Positions 29,944 to 40,830 are shown, counted from the first letter of the stretch. The stretch: 64,000 nt of DNA from Candidatus Omnitrophota bacterium (GCA_043814965.1 JBDRJN010000015.1:1503-65502), one strand, 5' to 3'. The notes: a model not told the origin generated them from the sequence alone. Program-made: numbers and translations.

Positions 29944-30930
29944 ATGATAAAGATAGCCCTGGATGCAATGGGAAGCGATAATGCGCCTTTCAATGATGTT
30001 GAAGGCGCTGTGTTGGCAGCTCGGGAACTTAAATATCAAGTCGTCCTGGTAGGAAAACAGGATGTCATAGAAGAAGAGCTGACTAAGCACAGGCCTGTCC
30101 CTGACAATATCTCTATCCATCATGCAAGCGAAGTGATAGCTATGCAAGAACAGCCTGTCTTAAGCGTAAGAAGGAAGAAGCAGTCTTCTATAGTGGTCCT
30201 TGCCAATCTTCTTAAAGAAAATAAAGTCGATGCCATAGTATCTGCCGGCAATACCGGGGCAATGGTGTGCGCTGCTACTCTTAAGTGCAGGCTTTTGCCA
30301 GGAGTAGAAAGGGCAGGCATAGGGGTCTTGATGCCTACTTTAAAAGGTACTGTTCTCATGATAGACGGAGGCGCCAATATAGATGCAAGGCCTACGCATT
30401 TACTTCAATATGCTATCATGGGCAGCGCTTATTCTGAATATATACTAAATAAAAGGGCACCTAAGGTAGGGCTTTTAAATGTAGGCGCGGAAGAGTCTAA
30501 GGGCACTGGTTCTTTAAAAGAGGCATATACGCTGGTTGAAAGATCCGGCCTTAATTTTATCGGGAATGTCGAAGGCAGGGATATCTTTATAGGCGATTGC
30601 GATGTGATAGTATGCGATGGGTTGGTGGGCAATGTCGCGCTTAAAGTATCAGAGAGCACTGCGCATGCAATAATAGAGATGTTAAAGAGGGAGATCAAGA
30701 GCAGGGCCTTATCAAAGATAGGAGCGCTCTTTGCCAAAAAATCCTTCGACTCCCTAAAGAAAAAAATGGATTATGTTGAGTACGGTGGAGCCCCGCTTCT
30801 TGGGATAAATGGTGTATGTATAATATGCCACGGGTCATCGCCTCCCAAAGCCATAAAAAATGCTATACGAGTAGCAGGCGAAGAAGTTATAAAGAACGTT
30901 AACCAGCATATAATTGAAAAGATCGGATAA
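29944..30930 (+). CDS. plsX: Phosphate acyltransferase PlsX
   Basis: 328 aa; MIKIALDAMGSD N-terminus. Confidence 0.9.
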   Translation: MIKIALDAMGSDNAPFNDVEGAVLAARELKYQVVLVGKQDVIEEELTKHRPVPDNISIHHASEVIAMQEQPVLSVRRKKQSSIVVLANLLKENKVDAIVSAGNTGAMVCAATLKCRLLPGVERAGIGVLMPTLKGTVLMIDGGANIDARPTHLLQYAIMGSAYSEYILNKRAPKVGLLNVGAEESKGTGSLKEAYTLVERSGLNFIGNVEGRDIFIGDCDVIVCDGLVGNVALKVSESTAHAIIEMLKREIKSRALSKIGALFAKKSFDSLKKKMDYVEYGGAPLLGINGVCIICHGSSPPKAIKNAIRVAGEEVIKNVNQHIIEKIG

Positions 30931-30945
30931 ATTTGAAAGGAATGT

Positions 30946-31926
30946 ATGATGCAGAAAGCAGGCATATTAGGACTAGGTTCCTATGTTCCAGAAAAAAGAC
31001 TCACCAATAAAGACCTGGAAAAGATAGTCGATACATCAGATGATTGGATAGTGACTCGTACAGGCATAAAAGAGCGCCGTATTGCGCCGGACAATATGGC
31101 CTCCAGCGACCTTGGTTATGAAGCAGCAAAATTAGCTTTAAAAGATGCAAACCTTTTACCAGAAGAGGTCGACCTGATAATAGTAGCTACTATTACTCCT
31201 GATATGGCTTTTCCAGCAACAGCCTGTATTATACAGGATAAGCTTGGCGCAAAAAACGCAGCAGCATTTGATATAAATGCTGCATGCAGCGGTTTTGTAT
31301 TTGGCCTAATATTAGCAAGGCAGTTTATAGCTACTGATACTTATCAAAATGTATTAGTGATAGGCTCGGAAAAATTAACCAGCATTGTTGATTGGGAAGA
31401 CCGTTCAACATGTATATTGTTCGGGGATGGCGCGGGCGCGTGTGTTGTCGGCAGGTCAGAAGATAAGACAATTTTATCAAGCTTCATGGGAGCGGATGGG
31501 TCTGGGGGGCGCTTATTAAGCGTACCAGCCGGAGGTTCAAGGCTTCCTGCAACGCCCGAGACAATTAAAGATAGGCTGCATTTTCTTAAGATGGAAGGTA
31601 ACGAGGTATTTAAACTTGCGGTGAAGGTTATGGCTGAGTCAGTCTATAGGGCCATTAAAAAAATAGGCATAAAAGTAAGCGATATAGACCTATTAATACC
31701 TCATCAGGCAAATATAAGGATACTTCTGGCTGTTGCTAAAAGAGTAGGGATAGGAAAAGAGAAGATCTTTATGAATATAGAGAAATATGGCAATATGTCA
31801 GCTGCATCTACCGCGGTTGCCTTGGTGGAGGCAGCTCAGGAAGGCAGGATGAAAAAAGGAGACCATGTAGTCCTTGTTGCGTTTGGCGGCGGCCTGACCT
31901 ATGGTTCATGCGTAATCCAATGGTAA
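30946..31926 (+). CDS. fabH: 3-oxoacyl-ACP synthase III FabH
   Basis: 326 aa; active-site AACSGF, HQAN, N...GN motifs. Confidence 0.9.
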   Translation: MMQKAGILGLGSYVPEKRLTNKDLEKIVDTSDDWIVTRTGIKERRIAPDNMASSDLGYEAAKLALKDANLLPEEVDLIIVATITPDMAFPATACIIQDKLGAKNAAAFDINAACSGFVFGLILARQFIATDTYQNVLVIGSEKLTSIVDWEDRSTCILFGDGAGACVVGRSEDKTILSSFMGADGSGGRLLSVPAGGSRLPATPETIKDRLHFLKMEGNEVFKLAVKVMAESVYRAIKKIGIKVSDIDLLIPHQANIRILLAVAKRVGIGKEKIFMNIEKYGNMSAASTAVALVEAAQEGRMKKGDHVVLVAFGGGLTYGSCVIQW

Positions 31927-31996
31927 GACAAGTCACAAGATACAAGTTGCAAGTCACAAGTACAAAGCATGTGACTTGTGTCTTGAAACTTGTGGT
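31927..31996. repeat. Family-C palindromic repeat (caagtcacaag x2 + tgtgacttgtgtcttgaaacttgtg)
   Basis: Shares catgtg-cttgtgtcttgaRacttgt core with 4488-4540 and 5593-5647. Confidence 0.6.
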
Positions 31997-32008
31997 AATG
32001 GGTAGATT

Positions 32009-32938
32009 ATGAAAGTTGCTTATACCTTTCCCGGCCAAGGCGCTCAATATGTGGGCATGGGGAAAGATCTATACGGGAGTTCTCCCGAGGCCAGGAGTAT
32101 TTTTGATAAAGCAGAAGAGATATTGCCGGAAGTAGGGATCAAAAAACTTTCTTTTGAAGGCCCTATAGAAGATCTTACCTCGACTAAAAACAGTCAAGTG
32201 ACGATACTAGTCACAAGTATTGCCTGCCTGGAATATTTAAAAGCCAAGATAGGCAGTGAATTAGAGATAGTTGCATGCGCTGGGCTAAGCCTGGGGGAAT
32301 TGACGTCTCTGGTCGCGGCAGGGAGTATATCATTTGAAGATGCTGTAAAGCTTGTCAGGACTAGAGGTGAGCTGATGGAAGAAGCCTCTATAAATAACCC
32401 TGGCAGTATGGCGTCTATCATAGGCCTTGATATTGCGAAACTAAAAGAGGTATGTCAAAAGTCCGGGGCAGAGATCGCAAACCTTAATTGCCCGGGCCAG
32501 GTTGTAATATCCGGGAAAAAAAAGTGTGTGGATGATGCGATGAAACTTGCAAATGAATCAGGAGCAAAGAAATCCATACTCTTGAATGTAAGCGGCGCTT
32601 TTCATTCAAGTCTCATGAAAGAGGCCTCCGAAAAATTCAGGATAGAATTGGAAAAAGTGGAGTTTTTTAAACCAGCTATCAATGTAGTGGCCAATGTCAC
32701 CGGAGATGTGGAATCCACGCCCGAAGAGATAAGAGAGAACCTGGTAAAACAGCTTTATAGCCCTGTCTTATGGGAAGATTGCGTAAAAAAGATTTCATCG
32801 ATGGGCGTAAGTACGTTCTTTGAGATAGGGCCTGGAAAAGTGCTGAAAGGACTTATAAAAAGAATTGACCCTGGCTTAAAGGTAGTTAATATAGAGAAGT
32901 CGGAAGGCATAAAAAATTTATTATCAGGCAACGGCTAA
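32009..32938 (+). CDS. fabD: Malonyl-CoA:ACP transacylase FabD
   Basis: 309 aa; FPGQGAQ, GLSLGE motifs. Confidence 0.9.
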   Translation: MKVAYTFPGQGAQYVGMGKDLYGSSPEARSIFDKAEEILPEVGIKKLSFEGPIEDLTSTKNSQVTILVTSIACLEYLKAKIGSELEIVACAGLSLGELTSLVAAGSISFEDAVKLVRTRGELMEEASINNPGSMASIIGLDIAKLKEVCQKSGAEIANLNCPGQVVISGKKKCVDDAMKLANESGAKKSILLNVSGAFHSSLMKEASEKFRIELEKVEFFKPAINVVANVTGDVESTPEEIRENLVKQLYSPVLWEDCVKKISSMGVSTFFEIGPGKVLKGLIKRIDPGLKVVNIEKSEGIKNLLSGNG

Positions 32939-32986
32939 GGTAACGAAACGGGCATCGTAGCCCTGACCTTAACCTTATCAAAATAT

Positions 32987-34225
32987 ATGAAACGTCGCGT
33001 TGTAATAACAGGATTAGGCATTATAGCTCCCAATGGAGTTGGCAAAAGGGCTTTTTGGGATGCTCTTAAAAAAGGCGCCTCAGGCATAAGGAATATCACA
33101 CGTTTTGACGCGTCACCTTTTCCCACTAAGTTCGCGGGGGAAGCTGATTTTGACACTAGTCAATTTATATCCCATAAAAATCTAAAAAGGATGGACAGGA
33201 CCAGCCACCTGGCTGTATCAGCAGCCAAGATGGCTGTAGAGGATGCTCGTCTTAATATAAAGGAAGAAGACCCTGAAAGGATAGGGGTTGTCATAGGTAC
33301 TGCCATGGCAGGCCATGGTATGATATTAAAGGAACATGATAATTTTATCAATAAAGGGCCTATGAAGATAAGCACCTTTACAGCTATTGCATCTTTTCCG
33401 GATGCTCCTTCCAGTCAGATATCTATAGAATTAGGCGTAAACGGGCCTAGTTTTTCTATTGCAACAGCATGTTCATCTGCGTCAGATGCCATGGGTTATG
33501 CATTTAATGCTATAAGGAATAACGAGCTTGATATCATTGTAATGGGGGGCGCAGATAGTCCGATTTTTTCACCTATACTTGGGGCATTTTGTATGTTGAG
33601 AGCGCTTTCCACTAGAAACGATGAGCCAGCCAAGGCATCAAGGCCATTTGATAAGACGAGAGACGGGTTTGTGCTGGGAGAAGGAGCTGGTATATTGATA
33701 TTGGAAAATTTGGATCACGCGCTTAAAAGAGATGCGACTATATATGGCGAGATCCTAGGGTTTGGCATGACATGTGACGCATACCATATGACAAAACCCG
33801 AACCATCAGGAAAGCAGGCTATAAGAGCTCTAAGGAATGCATTGAAAGATGCAGGCGTCAGGCCGGAAGAGGTAGATTATATAAATGCTCATGGCACATC
33901 CACTCCTTTAAACGATAAAAATGAGACTTATGTAATCAAAGAAGTCTTTGGGGAGTATGCTTATAAAATGCCTATAAGTTCTATGAAGTCTATGATAGGG
34001 CATTTAATAGGCGCAGCAGGCAGCGTAGAGCTTATAGGCGCTTTGGTAGCGCTCAATGAAAGCGTTATTCCGCCAACTATCAATTATGAACATCCAGACC
34101 CAGATTGCGACCTTGATTATGTGCCAAATAAGGCTTACAATAGAGAGGTAAATGTCATACTTAAAAATTCTTTTGGTTTTGGAGGCAAGAATTCAGCTCT
34201 AGTAGTAAAAAAATTTAAAGAATGA
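32987..34225 (+). CDS. fabF: 3-oxoacyl-ACP synthase II (KAS II), copy 1
   Basis: 412 aa; active site ATACSS, HGTST, GHLIGAAG. Confidence 0.88.
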   Translation: MKRRVVITGLGIIAPNGVGKRAFWDALKKGASGIRNITRFDASPFPTKFAGEADFDTSQFISHKNLKRMDRTSHLAVSAAKMAVEDARLNIKEEDPERIGVVIGTAMAGHGMILKEHDNFINKGPMKISTFTAIASFPDAPSSQISIELGVNGPSFSIATACSSASDAMGYAFNAIRNNELDIIVMGGADSPIFSPILGAFCMLRALSTRNDEPAKASRPFDKTRDGFVLGEGAGILILENLDHALKRDATIYGEILGFGMTCDAYHMTKPEPSGKQAIRALRNALKDAGVRPEEVDYINAHGTSTPLNDKNETYVIKEVFGEYAYKMPISSMKSMIGHLIGAAGSVELIGALVALNESVIPPTINYEHPDPDCDLDYVPNKAYNREVNVILKNSFGFGGKNSALVVKKFKE

Positions 34226-34257
34226 TGTCCCTCGCTGCATAATAGAGAGAACTATGG

Positions 34258-34295
34258 CGGCTCGGGACGAATTTTGTTTCACAAAATTCGGAGGT
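34258..34295 (+). promoter_or_regulatory. Family-D SD-adjacent hairpin module upstream of fabG (ctcgggacgaattttg-tttca-caaaattcGGAGG)
   Basis: 9-bp perfect stem abutting the SD. Confidence 0.5.
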
Positions 34296-34299
34296 AGAT

Positions 34300-35049
34300 A
34301 TGTGTGAAGTGGCATTGGAAGGCAAAGTCGCTCTTATAACAGGCGGAGCCAGGGGTATAGGCAGGGATATAGCGCTTAGGTTTGCAGGCGAAGGAGCGGA
34401 TGTTGCCTTGTGCGATGTAGACCTGGAAGCAGCTCAGGCAGCTGCCAGGGAGATACAGGATCTTGGGCGCAGCTCATTGGCATTTAAGGTGGATGTGACA
34501 AGCTCAAAAGATGTTCAAGATATGGTGGATAAAATTCTTGACAAATTTAATAAAATAGATATACTTATTAACAACGCTGGCATAACCAGAGATAATCTTG
34601 TGCTCAGGATGTCGGAAGAAGACTGGGACAAGGTCATCGCGGTAAATCTTAAAGGCGCGTTTTTATGCACTAAGATAGTATCAAAGGCGATGCTTAAGCA
34701 GCGTTCGGGAAAGATAGTGAGTCTCGCGTCGATCATTGGGATCATGGGTAATGCTGGACAAGCTAATTATGCGGCGAGTAAGGCAGGCATAATAGGCCTT
34801 ACAAAGAGCGTTGCAAAAGAACTTGCGCCTCGCGGTATCACGGTCAATGCTATAGCTCCTGGTTTTATAAGGACAGCGATGACTGATAAATTGCCGGAGG
34901 ATATCCAGAAGAAGATGCTGGATGCAATACCTTTAAAGAGGTTCGGGGAGGCAAAGGACGTAGCGGATCTCGCTTTATTTCTTTCGAGTGAGGACTCTTC
35001 ATATATAACCGGCCAGGTCATAAAGATCGATGGCGGTATGGTGATGTAA
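34300..35049 (+). CDS. fabG: 3-oxoacyl-ACP reductase FabG
   Basis: 249 aa; TGGARGIG, NNAG, YxxxK SDR motifs. Confidence 0.9.
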   Translation: MCEVALEGKVALITGGARGIGRDIALRFAGEGADVALCDVDLEAAQAAAREIQDLGRSSLAFKVDVTSSKDVQDMVDKILDKFNKIDILINNAGITRDNLVLRMSEEDWDKVIAVNLKGAFLCTKIVSKAMLKQRSGKIVSLASIIGIMGNAGQANYAASKAGIIGLTKSVAKELAPRGITVNAIAPGFIRTAMTDKLPEDIQKKMLDAIPLKRFGEAKDVADLALFLSSEDSSYITGQVIKIDGGMVM

Positions 35050-35170
35050 GCGAATCAGCCTTAAGCTGATGAGCTTATCCGCCAGGATCTATGGCGGATA
35101 AAGTTCCTGCTATGAAGCAGGCGCGTATAAAAAAATCAATAAACAAGTACCTATTTAAGGAGGGAACAAA

Positions 35171-35410
35171 ATGGCAGTTGCAGAGAAAGTAAAATCAATA
35201 ATAGCAGAACAACTTGGCGTAAAACCAGAAGAAGTGACCCCTGAGGCTTCTTTTATCGATGATCTAGGGGCAGATTCACTGGATACAGTAGAACTTGTCA
35301 TGGCTTTGGAAGAGGAGTTCGGCACAGAGATCCCTGACGAAGATGCTGAAAAGATCACTACCGTAGGGGACGCTATTAAATACATAGAAGAAAAATCCCA
35401 GAATAAATAG
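35171..35410 (+). CDS. acpP: Acyl carrier protein
   Basis: 79 aa; [21 protein letters not shown]. Confidence 0.92.
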   Translation: MAVAEKVKSIIAEQLGVKPEEVTPEASFIDDLGADSLDTVELVMALEEEFGTEIPDEDAEKITTVGDAIKYIEEKSQNK

Positions 35411-35498
35411 TTATCTTAAGTCATGTCATTTATGCAAGGGTTAGAAGATAAAATTTATTAGAGTACTCTCTTCTAACCCTTTATTTTTGAGGTCAAAT

Positions 35499-36734
35499 AT
35501 GTCTCGTAGAGTAGTTGTCACAGGTTTAGGTGTAGTTACCCCTGTTGGAAACAATAAAGAGGATTTTTGGTCATCTCTAGTCAATGGGAAAAACGGTATA
35601 GGCCCTATGACTTCCTATGACTGCAAAGATTATGATTCTCGTATTGCAGGGCAAGTAAAGGACTTTGTGCCTGCTTCTTTTATTTCCAAAAAAGAACTTA
35701 GAAGGATGGAGAAATTTGTCCAGTTCGCGGTCACTGCCTCAAAGGAGGCAGTGGATGATTCAGGGCTTGATATCTCCAAAGAAGACCCTTTTAGAGTAGG
35801 GGTGCTGGTAGGCTCAGGTATTGGAAGCCTTGGCATAATAGAGGCCCAGCATAAGGTGATCCTTGAGAAAGGCCCATCCCGCATCACACCATTTTTGATC
35901 CCAATGCTTATAGTAAATATGGCGTCAGGTCATATCTCGATAATATTTAGTATAAAAGGCCCAAATTCCTGCACAACCACAGCTTGTGCTTCTGGCACTC
36001 ATGCTATAGGAGATGCTTTTAGGATAATCCATCATGGCGATGCGGATGTCATGATAGCAGGCGGCACAGAGAGCTGTATCACAGCGTTAGGAGTAGGGGG
36101 CTTTTGCGCATTAAAAGCGCTTTCTACCAGAAACGATGATCCGACCAGAGCATCCAGGCCGTTTGATAGAGAGAGAGATGGTTTTGTAATTGGAGAAGGA
36201 GCAGGCATAGTAGTGCTTGAAGAATACAAACATGCCAAAAAAAGAGGCGCCAAGATATATGGCGAGATCATCGGTTATGGTATGACAGGAGATGGATATC
36301 ATATGACAGCTCCTGATCCTTCAGGAGAGTCTGCAGCTAGATGCATGACTAATTGCCTGAACGACGGTAAAGTAAAGCTGGAAGAAGTCAGCTATATAAA
36401 TGCGCACGGTACATCTACTCAGCTCAATGACAAGACCGAGACGCTTGCCATCAAGAAGGTCTTTGGCAGTCTTGCCAAAAAAGTAGCAGTATCTTCTACA
36501 AAATCCATGACAGGCCATCTATTGGGAGCCGCAGGAGGAGTAGAGTTTGTTATATGCGCTCTTTCAATAGAAAGAAAAGTCATCCCGCCCACTATAAATT
36601 ATGAGTTTCCGGACCCAGATTGCGACCTTGACTATGTGCCCAATAAGGCAAGAGACTATGATGTAAAAGTCGCTATGTCAAATTCTCTCGGCTTTGGCGG
36701 CCATAATGCAACGATCTGCATAAAAAAGCTATAG
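35499..36734 (+). CDS. fabF: 3-oxoacyl-ACP synthase II (KAS), copy 2 (start at ATG for MSRRVVVTG; track used upstream TTG)
   Basis: TTACASG, HGTST, GHLLGAAG; paralog of 32987-34225. Confidence 0.85.
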   Translation: MSRRVVVTGLGVVTPVGNNKEDFWSSLVNGKNGIGPMTSYDCKDYDSRIAGQVKDFVPASFISKKELRRMEKFVQFAVTASKEAVDDSGLDISKEDPFRVGVLVGSGIGSLGIIEAQHKVILEKGPSRITPFLIPMLIVNMASGHISIIFSIKGPNSCTTTACASGTHAIGDAFRIIHHGDADVMIAGGTESCITALGVGGFCALKALSTRNDDPTRASRPFDRERDGFVIGEGAGIVVLEEYKHAKKRGAKIYGEIIGYGMTGDGYHMTAPDPSGESAARCMTNCLNDGKVKLEEVSYINAHGTSTQLNDKTETLAIKKVFGSLAKKVAVSSTKSMTGHLLGAAGGVEFVICALSIERKVIPPTINYEFPDPDCDLDYVPNKARDYDVKVAMSNSLGFGGHNATICIKKL

Positions 36735-36817
36735 TATCTTTTTCGCAAAATAAAGATGCTTTTTAAGGCTCTCACCAGTAGAGGACTATTAACTTACATG
36801 GTTCACCCTCGCATATA

Positions 36818-36846
36818 CTGGTAGGGGAGCCTTAAGGCTCCCCTAC
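36818..36846. repeat. REP hairpin GTAGGGGAGCCTTAAGGCTCCCCTAC (copy a)
   Basis: Perfect 11-bp stem with TTAA loop. Confidence 0.75.
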
Positions 36847-36885
36847 ATTAGATAAGTCGGTAGTCGGTGGGGGGGTCCGGTAGCC

Positions 36886-36914
36886 TGTAGTAGGGGAGCT
36901 TTAAAGCTCCCCTA
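36886..36914. repeat. REP hairpin variant GTAGGGGAGCTTTAAAGCTCCCCTAC (copy b)
   Basis: Same arms, TTTAAA loop. Confidence 0.75.
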
Positions 36915-37002
36915 CCGAAGAAAAGGTTCAGAAAAATAACATAATTTTACTTGCCAATAGAGGCATTTTTTGCTATATTAATGCCTATATAGAACACACC
37001 AT

Positions 37003-37046
37003 ATTGTCCTTCATGTCATGGGAAAAAAGAGAAGGGTTATTTTTTT
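37003..37046 (+). promoter_or_regulatory. Leader hairpin + T7 tract, copy 2 of the conserved leader motif (ccttcatgtcatgggaaaaaagagaaggg + ttattttttt)
   Basis: Shares ccttcatg..gggaaaa..gg.ttattttttt with 18111-18145. Confidence 0.5.
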
Positions 37047-37140
37047 CCGCTATTATATTAAACTTTAAAAAAACTTAATAATAGTGATCTTTATGAAAAA
37101 TGAGAGATTTTCTACCCATATATATTAAGGAGATAAAAAG

Positions 37141-40100
37141 ATGAGAAACTTTGTAAAGATATCAGGTATTTCAATAATATTTGCTATGGTCATTGCCTTT
37201 GCTATCCCTCAGGTTTTAGGGGAAGGGCCTAGTAAGTGGCCAGTAGAGTTATCCAAAAAGGAGTTCTATAAAGAAGATTATATTACTTTACTCGGCATGT
37301 TTAGTAAGACGATAGAAATAACAAAGACTTATTATGACCCAGGGCCTATCAAGATGGGCGATGTCAGCGGTGATGGTGTAAGTGATATAAGCTTTATAGC
37401 TACTAATAGTACCACTGGATATAACAGTGTATATCTACTCAATAAAGATGGTGTTATTTATGATGGATGGCCTAAAGAACTTGATTGTAATTCTGGAGTT
37501 GCACCAGCGCTTGTAGATCTAGACGAAGATGGTAATATGGAGATTATAGTCAATACAACCTCTGATGGCATAAAGATCTATACGTGGGAATTTGATGGAA
37601 GCCTGGTCAAGAACTTTCCAATAAAAATACCTGGGACTGAAGGTTCTAGCAGTATTGATGAAAAAGGCAGATACTATTTAACCACCACTAGTTATAGTAT
37701 ACCTGCGATAGGAGATGTAGATGGGGATGGCATAGAAGATCTAGTTGTTACAGGGACTACTATAAAGGATTATGGAAATCAGCTAAAAAATGAGACTATA
37801 AATAAGATCTGGGCAGTCAGCCTGGGAAGCGGTCAGATGACATTAAGTGGCTGGCCTGTAACCCTGGAAAAAGGCGAAAACTTACCCTATTGGAATTCTC
37901 CAGCTATAGCTGATATAGATAATGATGGCACAATGGAAGTAATTATAGGTATAAATAGGCCTTGTGGTGATAAGTTAGATAAAGATACATACCGCGTATA
38001 TGTATTTAACTGCGATGGAAAGCCTTTTAATGAGAATTGGCCGAAGGATCTAAAGCTTGATAACATTACTTTAGAAAAGACATTAGGCATTACCTCGGAC
38101 TTTTATAGAAGTAAGGATAGTAAGTTTGGTTTTATGACTTCCCCGGTTGTTGCAGATGTAAACGGGGACAATAAGGAAGAGATAGTTATAGCTGGTTCTT
38201 ATCTAAATTATTTTATAGCGCCTAATGAATTAGGATTGGGCTCAGAATATGACACACCTTTTATAGAAGCTAATTCAATATTGTATGTCATGGACAAAGA
38301 TGCTTTTATACTGGAGGGATGGCCCAGGATAATAGGGACCAGCCTGATACATCAGGCATTCAAATACATTGACCCGTCTATAAGTATAGGTGATGTAGAT
38401 TACGATAGCATTCCTGATATATCTTTACCAGGGTACGATGGCAATATCCATATATTGAATTATATGGCAGATGAGATTCTCAAGATAGAAAGCCTTGATT
38501 TTTATAAAAAATATTTTTATACATTAATAGGCGATATAAATAATGACTTTAAAGTCGATATAGTAGCCCCTGCATTAGAAAATATAATATGCGCTTTTGA
38601 TACAGATGGAAAATACCTTAATGATTTTACGCCTAAAAGGATGGAGGGAGATACTGATTTTGTAAACCCATTGATCGTAGCATGCCCTGCCATAGACAAT
38701 ATAGAGATGAGGGATTATCTCAGTATAATCTCTCCTTCATCTAAAAATAAAAACGTATCTAACTATCCTGCAGGCATAATAAATAAATGGGATGCTGGCG
38801 ATACTGGTTTGATCGGAGATATCAAAGAGACATCTATTATAGATTGGCCCCAGTTTGCATATGACGCCAAGAACACCAACTGGCACTTGTCTAATGAAAA
38901 GACCAACCGCTCCGGGGATGATAAAGATGATAAATTGCAGAAAAAAAATACTATCAGCGGTTATGTGGCGTCTTCTATCCAAGATGACTATGGCAGAAGA
39001 CTGTTTTATTTTGAAGGAGTAAAAGTCCGGGCAATAGTCTGGGATCCTATATTAAAAGTATATGGCCCTATACATTCTGAGGTTTTTACTGGGCCTGATG
39101 GTACATATGAGTTTCCAGAAGAGGACATGGTTCCTGGAACTATTTATTCGATCGTAGCTAATCCTTTGGAAAAGGCGCCTTATCCAAAATTGGAGTATAA
39201 AGAAAAATACGTAGGCGATGTAGTAGAATTTGCGTTTGGCCCGATATATAAACACTCTGATTGTTTTGGCCAGGCCTTTGATAGAGAAACAGGCAAGGCA
39301 CTAGAAGGCGTGACTGTAAAACTAAGGGCAGACTCTGATTTTAAGATCTATTCCGGGGTTTCTAATAATAATGGGTGGTTCTTGATCCAGGGCTTACCTT
39401 ATCTTTCTTTTTATGATGTTTTTGCTTCAAAGAAAGGATATAAAGAAGAACAGAGGGGGCCGATAGATATCAAACAGGATCCTTTTTACAGGATAACAAA
39501 TCCTGACCTTTCTCTTGTCCCTATTCCAAAAGGCAGTATCTCAGGTAAAGTAATGGATGGAGCTATCGGAGTAGAGGGTATGGTTGTTGAAGCTATTGAT
39601 AAAGACGGGGATATATATTCAGATACTACTGATGCATCAGGCGAGTATGAGATAAAAGATCTATTGGAGAATTATAACTATACCGTTACCGTGGGTGAAA
39701 AAGAAGGTTATAAGGGCTCTATCCCTACAAAACATGAAGTAACTGTAGTAGGTAATATCTTAAATATTGATTTTACTCTTCAAAAGACAAGTTATAGCAT
39801 CTCCGGAGTGATATACAATGAAGATGGTTCAAAAAGATTACATCCTAGCACAGTTAAATTAGAAGGTACTTCTGCTAGCGTACTGACCATGGAAGATCCT
39901 GACAAACCAGGAGAGTTTGGATACTATGAAGTCGCAGGCCTGGAAGAAGACGGATATTATATCCTTACTGTTAGTAGTGATGGTTATATACCTGTAAGCC
40001 GAGGCTTTATTGATCTAAGAGAAGATACAAAGTTTGATTTTCATCTTAAAAAGCCCCCTGAAAGATATAATATTACTGTAAATGTGCGGGATGAAAATAA

Positions 40101-40806
40101 TAAACTAGTGCCTCGAGCGCATGTAGGTATAGTGGGGTTTGGTTATGATATAGATGTTGGATATGATGGCATATTGGAGTGGGAAGGATTATTTGGAGGG
40201 GAAAAGACTTTTTGGGCTTCAAAGGATGGGAAATACGGCGAGACCAAGGCTGTGATCGAGGAGAATGGAGTAGTTGTAGATATAGTATTAAAGGAAAATA
40301 GATACTCTCTTTCAGGCATTGTAACTGAAAGAGGCGCTAATATTCCTTTAAAAGATGTAATAATAAAAATAAAACTACCAAATGGCATTGAAAAAGCTGC
40401 AAGGTCAAATTCCAATGGTTATTACCTTATTAAGGACATGCCTAATGGTAAATATATGGCATCGTGTACCAAAGAAAGAGAAGGAGGTATATGGTATCAT
40501 GGGTATAGATTGGAAGTTGTTATTTCAGGGAAGAATAAGACACTGGATCTAACGCTTGCTAAGGGAGAATATCTATATACTGTTACTGGTAGAGTAGTTG
40601 ATGAAGATGGCGACCCTGTAAAAGGCGCTACTGTAAGGCCAGATGGGCTTGGACAGAGGCTTACTACAGATAGATCAGGCGAATATTCATTATTATTGCC
40701 TGCTAAGACATATTTATTTATAGCTGAGCTGAATGGTAAAAGAGGAGAGAGGTCTATCACTGTAAAAGAAGAAAATACCAGAGTGGAAGACATTATTATC
40801 AGATAG
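37141..40806 (+). CDS. Giant surface protein (1221 aa): signal peptide, FG-GAP/VCBS-type beta-propeller repeats, C-terminal carboxypeptidase-regulatory-like (CarboxypepD_reg) repeats
   Basis: N-term MRNFVKISGISIIFAMVIAFAIPQVLG; repeats GDVSGDGVSDISF, VDLDEDGNMEII, GDVDGDGIEDLVV, ADIDNDGTMEVII, ADVNGDNKEEIVIAG; C-term units DGTYEFPE, SGEYEIKDL..YNYTVTV, SGEYSLLLPAKTYLFIA. Confidence 0.7.
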   Translation: MRNFVKISGISIIFAMVIAFAIPQVLGEGPSKWPVELSKKEFYKEDYITLLGMFSKTIEITKTYYDPGPIKMGDVSGDGVSDISFIATNSTTGYNSVYLLNKDGVIYDGWPKELDCNSGVAPALVDLDEDGNMEIIVNTTSDGIKIYTWEFDGSLVKNFPIKIPGTEGSSSIDEKGRYYLTTTSYSIPAIGDVDGDGIEDLVVTGTTIKDYGNQLKNETINKIWAVSLGSGQMTLSGWPVTLEKGENLPYWNSPAIADIDNDGTMEVIIGINRPCGDKLDKDTYRVYVFNCDGKPFNENWPKDLKLDNITLEKTLGITSDFYRSKDSKFGFMTSPVVADVNGDNKEEIVIAGSYLNYFIAPNELGLGSEYDTPFIEANSILYVMDKDAFILEGWPRIIGTSLIHQAFKYIDPSISIGDVDYDSIPDISLPGYDGNIHILNYMADEILKIESLDFYKKYFYTLIGDINNDFKVDIVAPALENIICAFDTDGKYLNDFTPKRMEGDTDFVNPLIVACPAIDNIEMRDYLSIISPSSKNKNVSNYPAGIINKWDAGDTGLIGDIKETSIIDWPQFAYDAKNTNWHLSNEKTNRSGDDKDDKLQKKNTISGYVASSIQDDYGRRLFYFEGVKVRAIVWDPILKVYGPIHSEVFTGPDGTYEFPEEDMVPGTIYSIVANPLEKAPYPKLEYKEKYVGDVVEFAFGPIYKHSDCFGQAFDRETGKALEGVTVKLRADSDFKIYSGVSNNNGWFLIQGLPYLSFYDVFASKKGYKEEQRGPIDIKQDPFYRITNPDLSLVPIPKGSISGKVMDGAIGVEGMVVEAIDKDGDIYSDTTDASGEYEIKDLLENYNYTVTVGEKEGYKGSIPTKHEVTVVGNILNIDFTLQKTSYSISGVIYNEDGSKRLHPSTVKLEGTSASVLTMEDPDKPGEFGYYEVAGLEEDGYYILTVSSDGYIPVSRGFIDLREDTKFDFHLKKPPERYNITVNVRDENNKLVPRAHVGIVGFGYDIDVGYDGILEWEGLFGGEKTFWASKDGKYGETKAVIEENGVVVDIVLKENRYSLSGIVTERGANIPLKDVIIKIKLPNGIEKAARSNSNGYYLIKDMPNGKYMASCTKEREGGIWYHGYRLEVVISGKNKTLDLTLAKGEYLYTVTGRVVDEDGDPVKGATVRPDGLGQRLTTDRSGEYSLLLPAKTYLFIAELNGKRGERSITVKEENTRVEDIIIR

Positions 40807-40830
40807 CACGCTGTGTTATTAAATAACATG

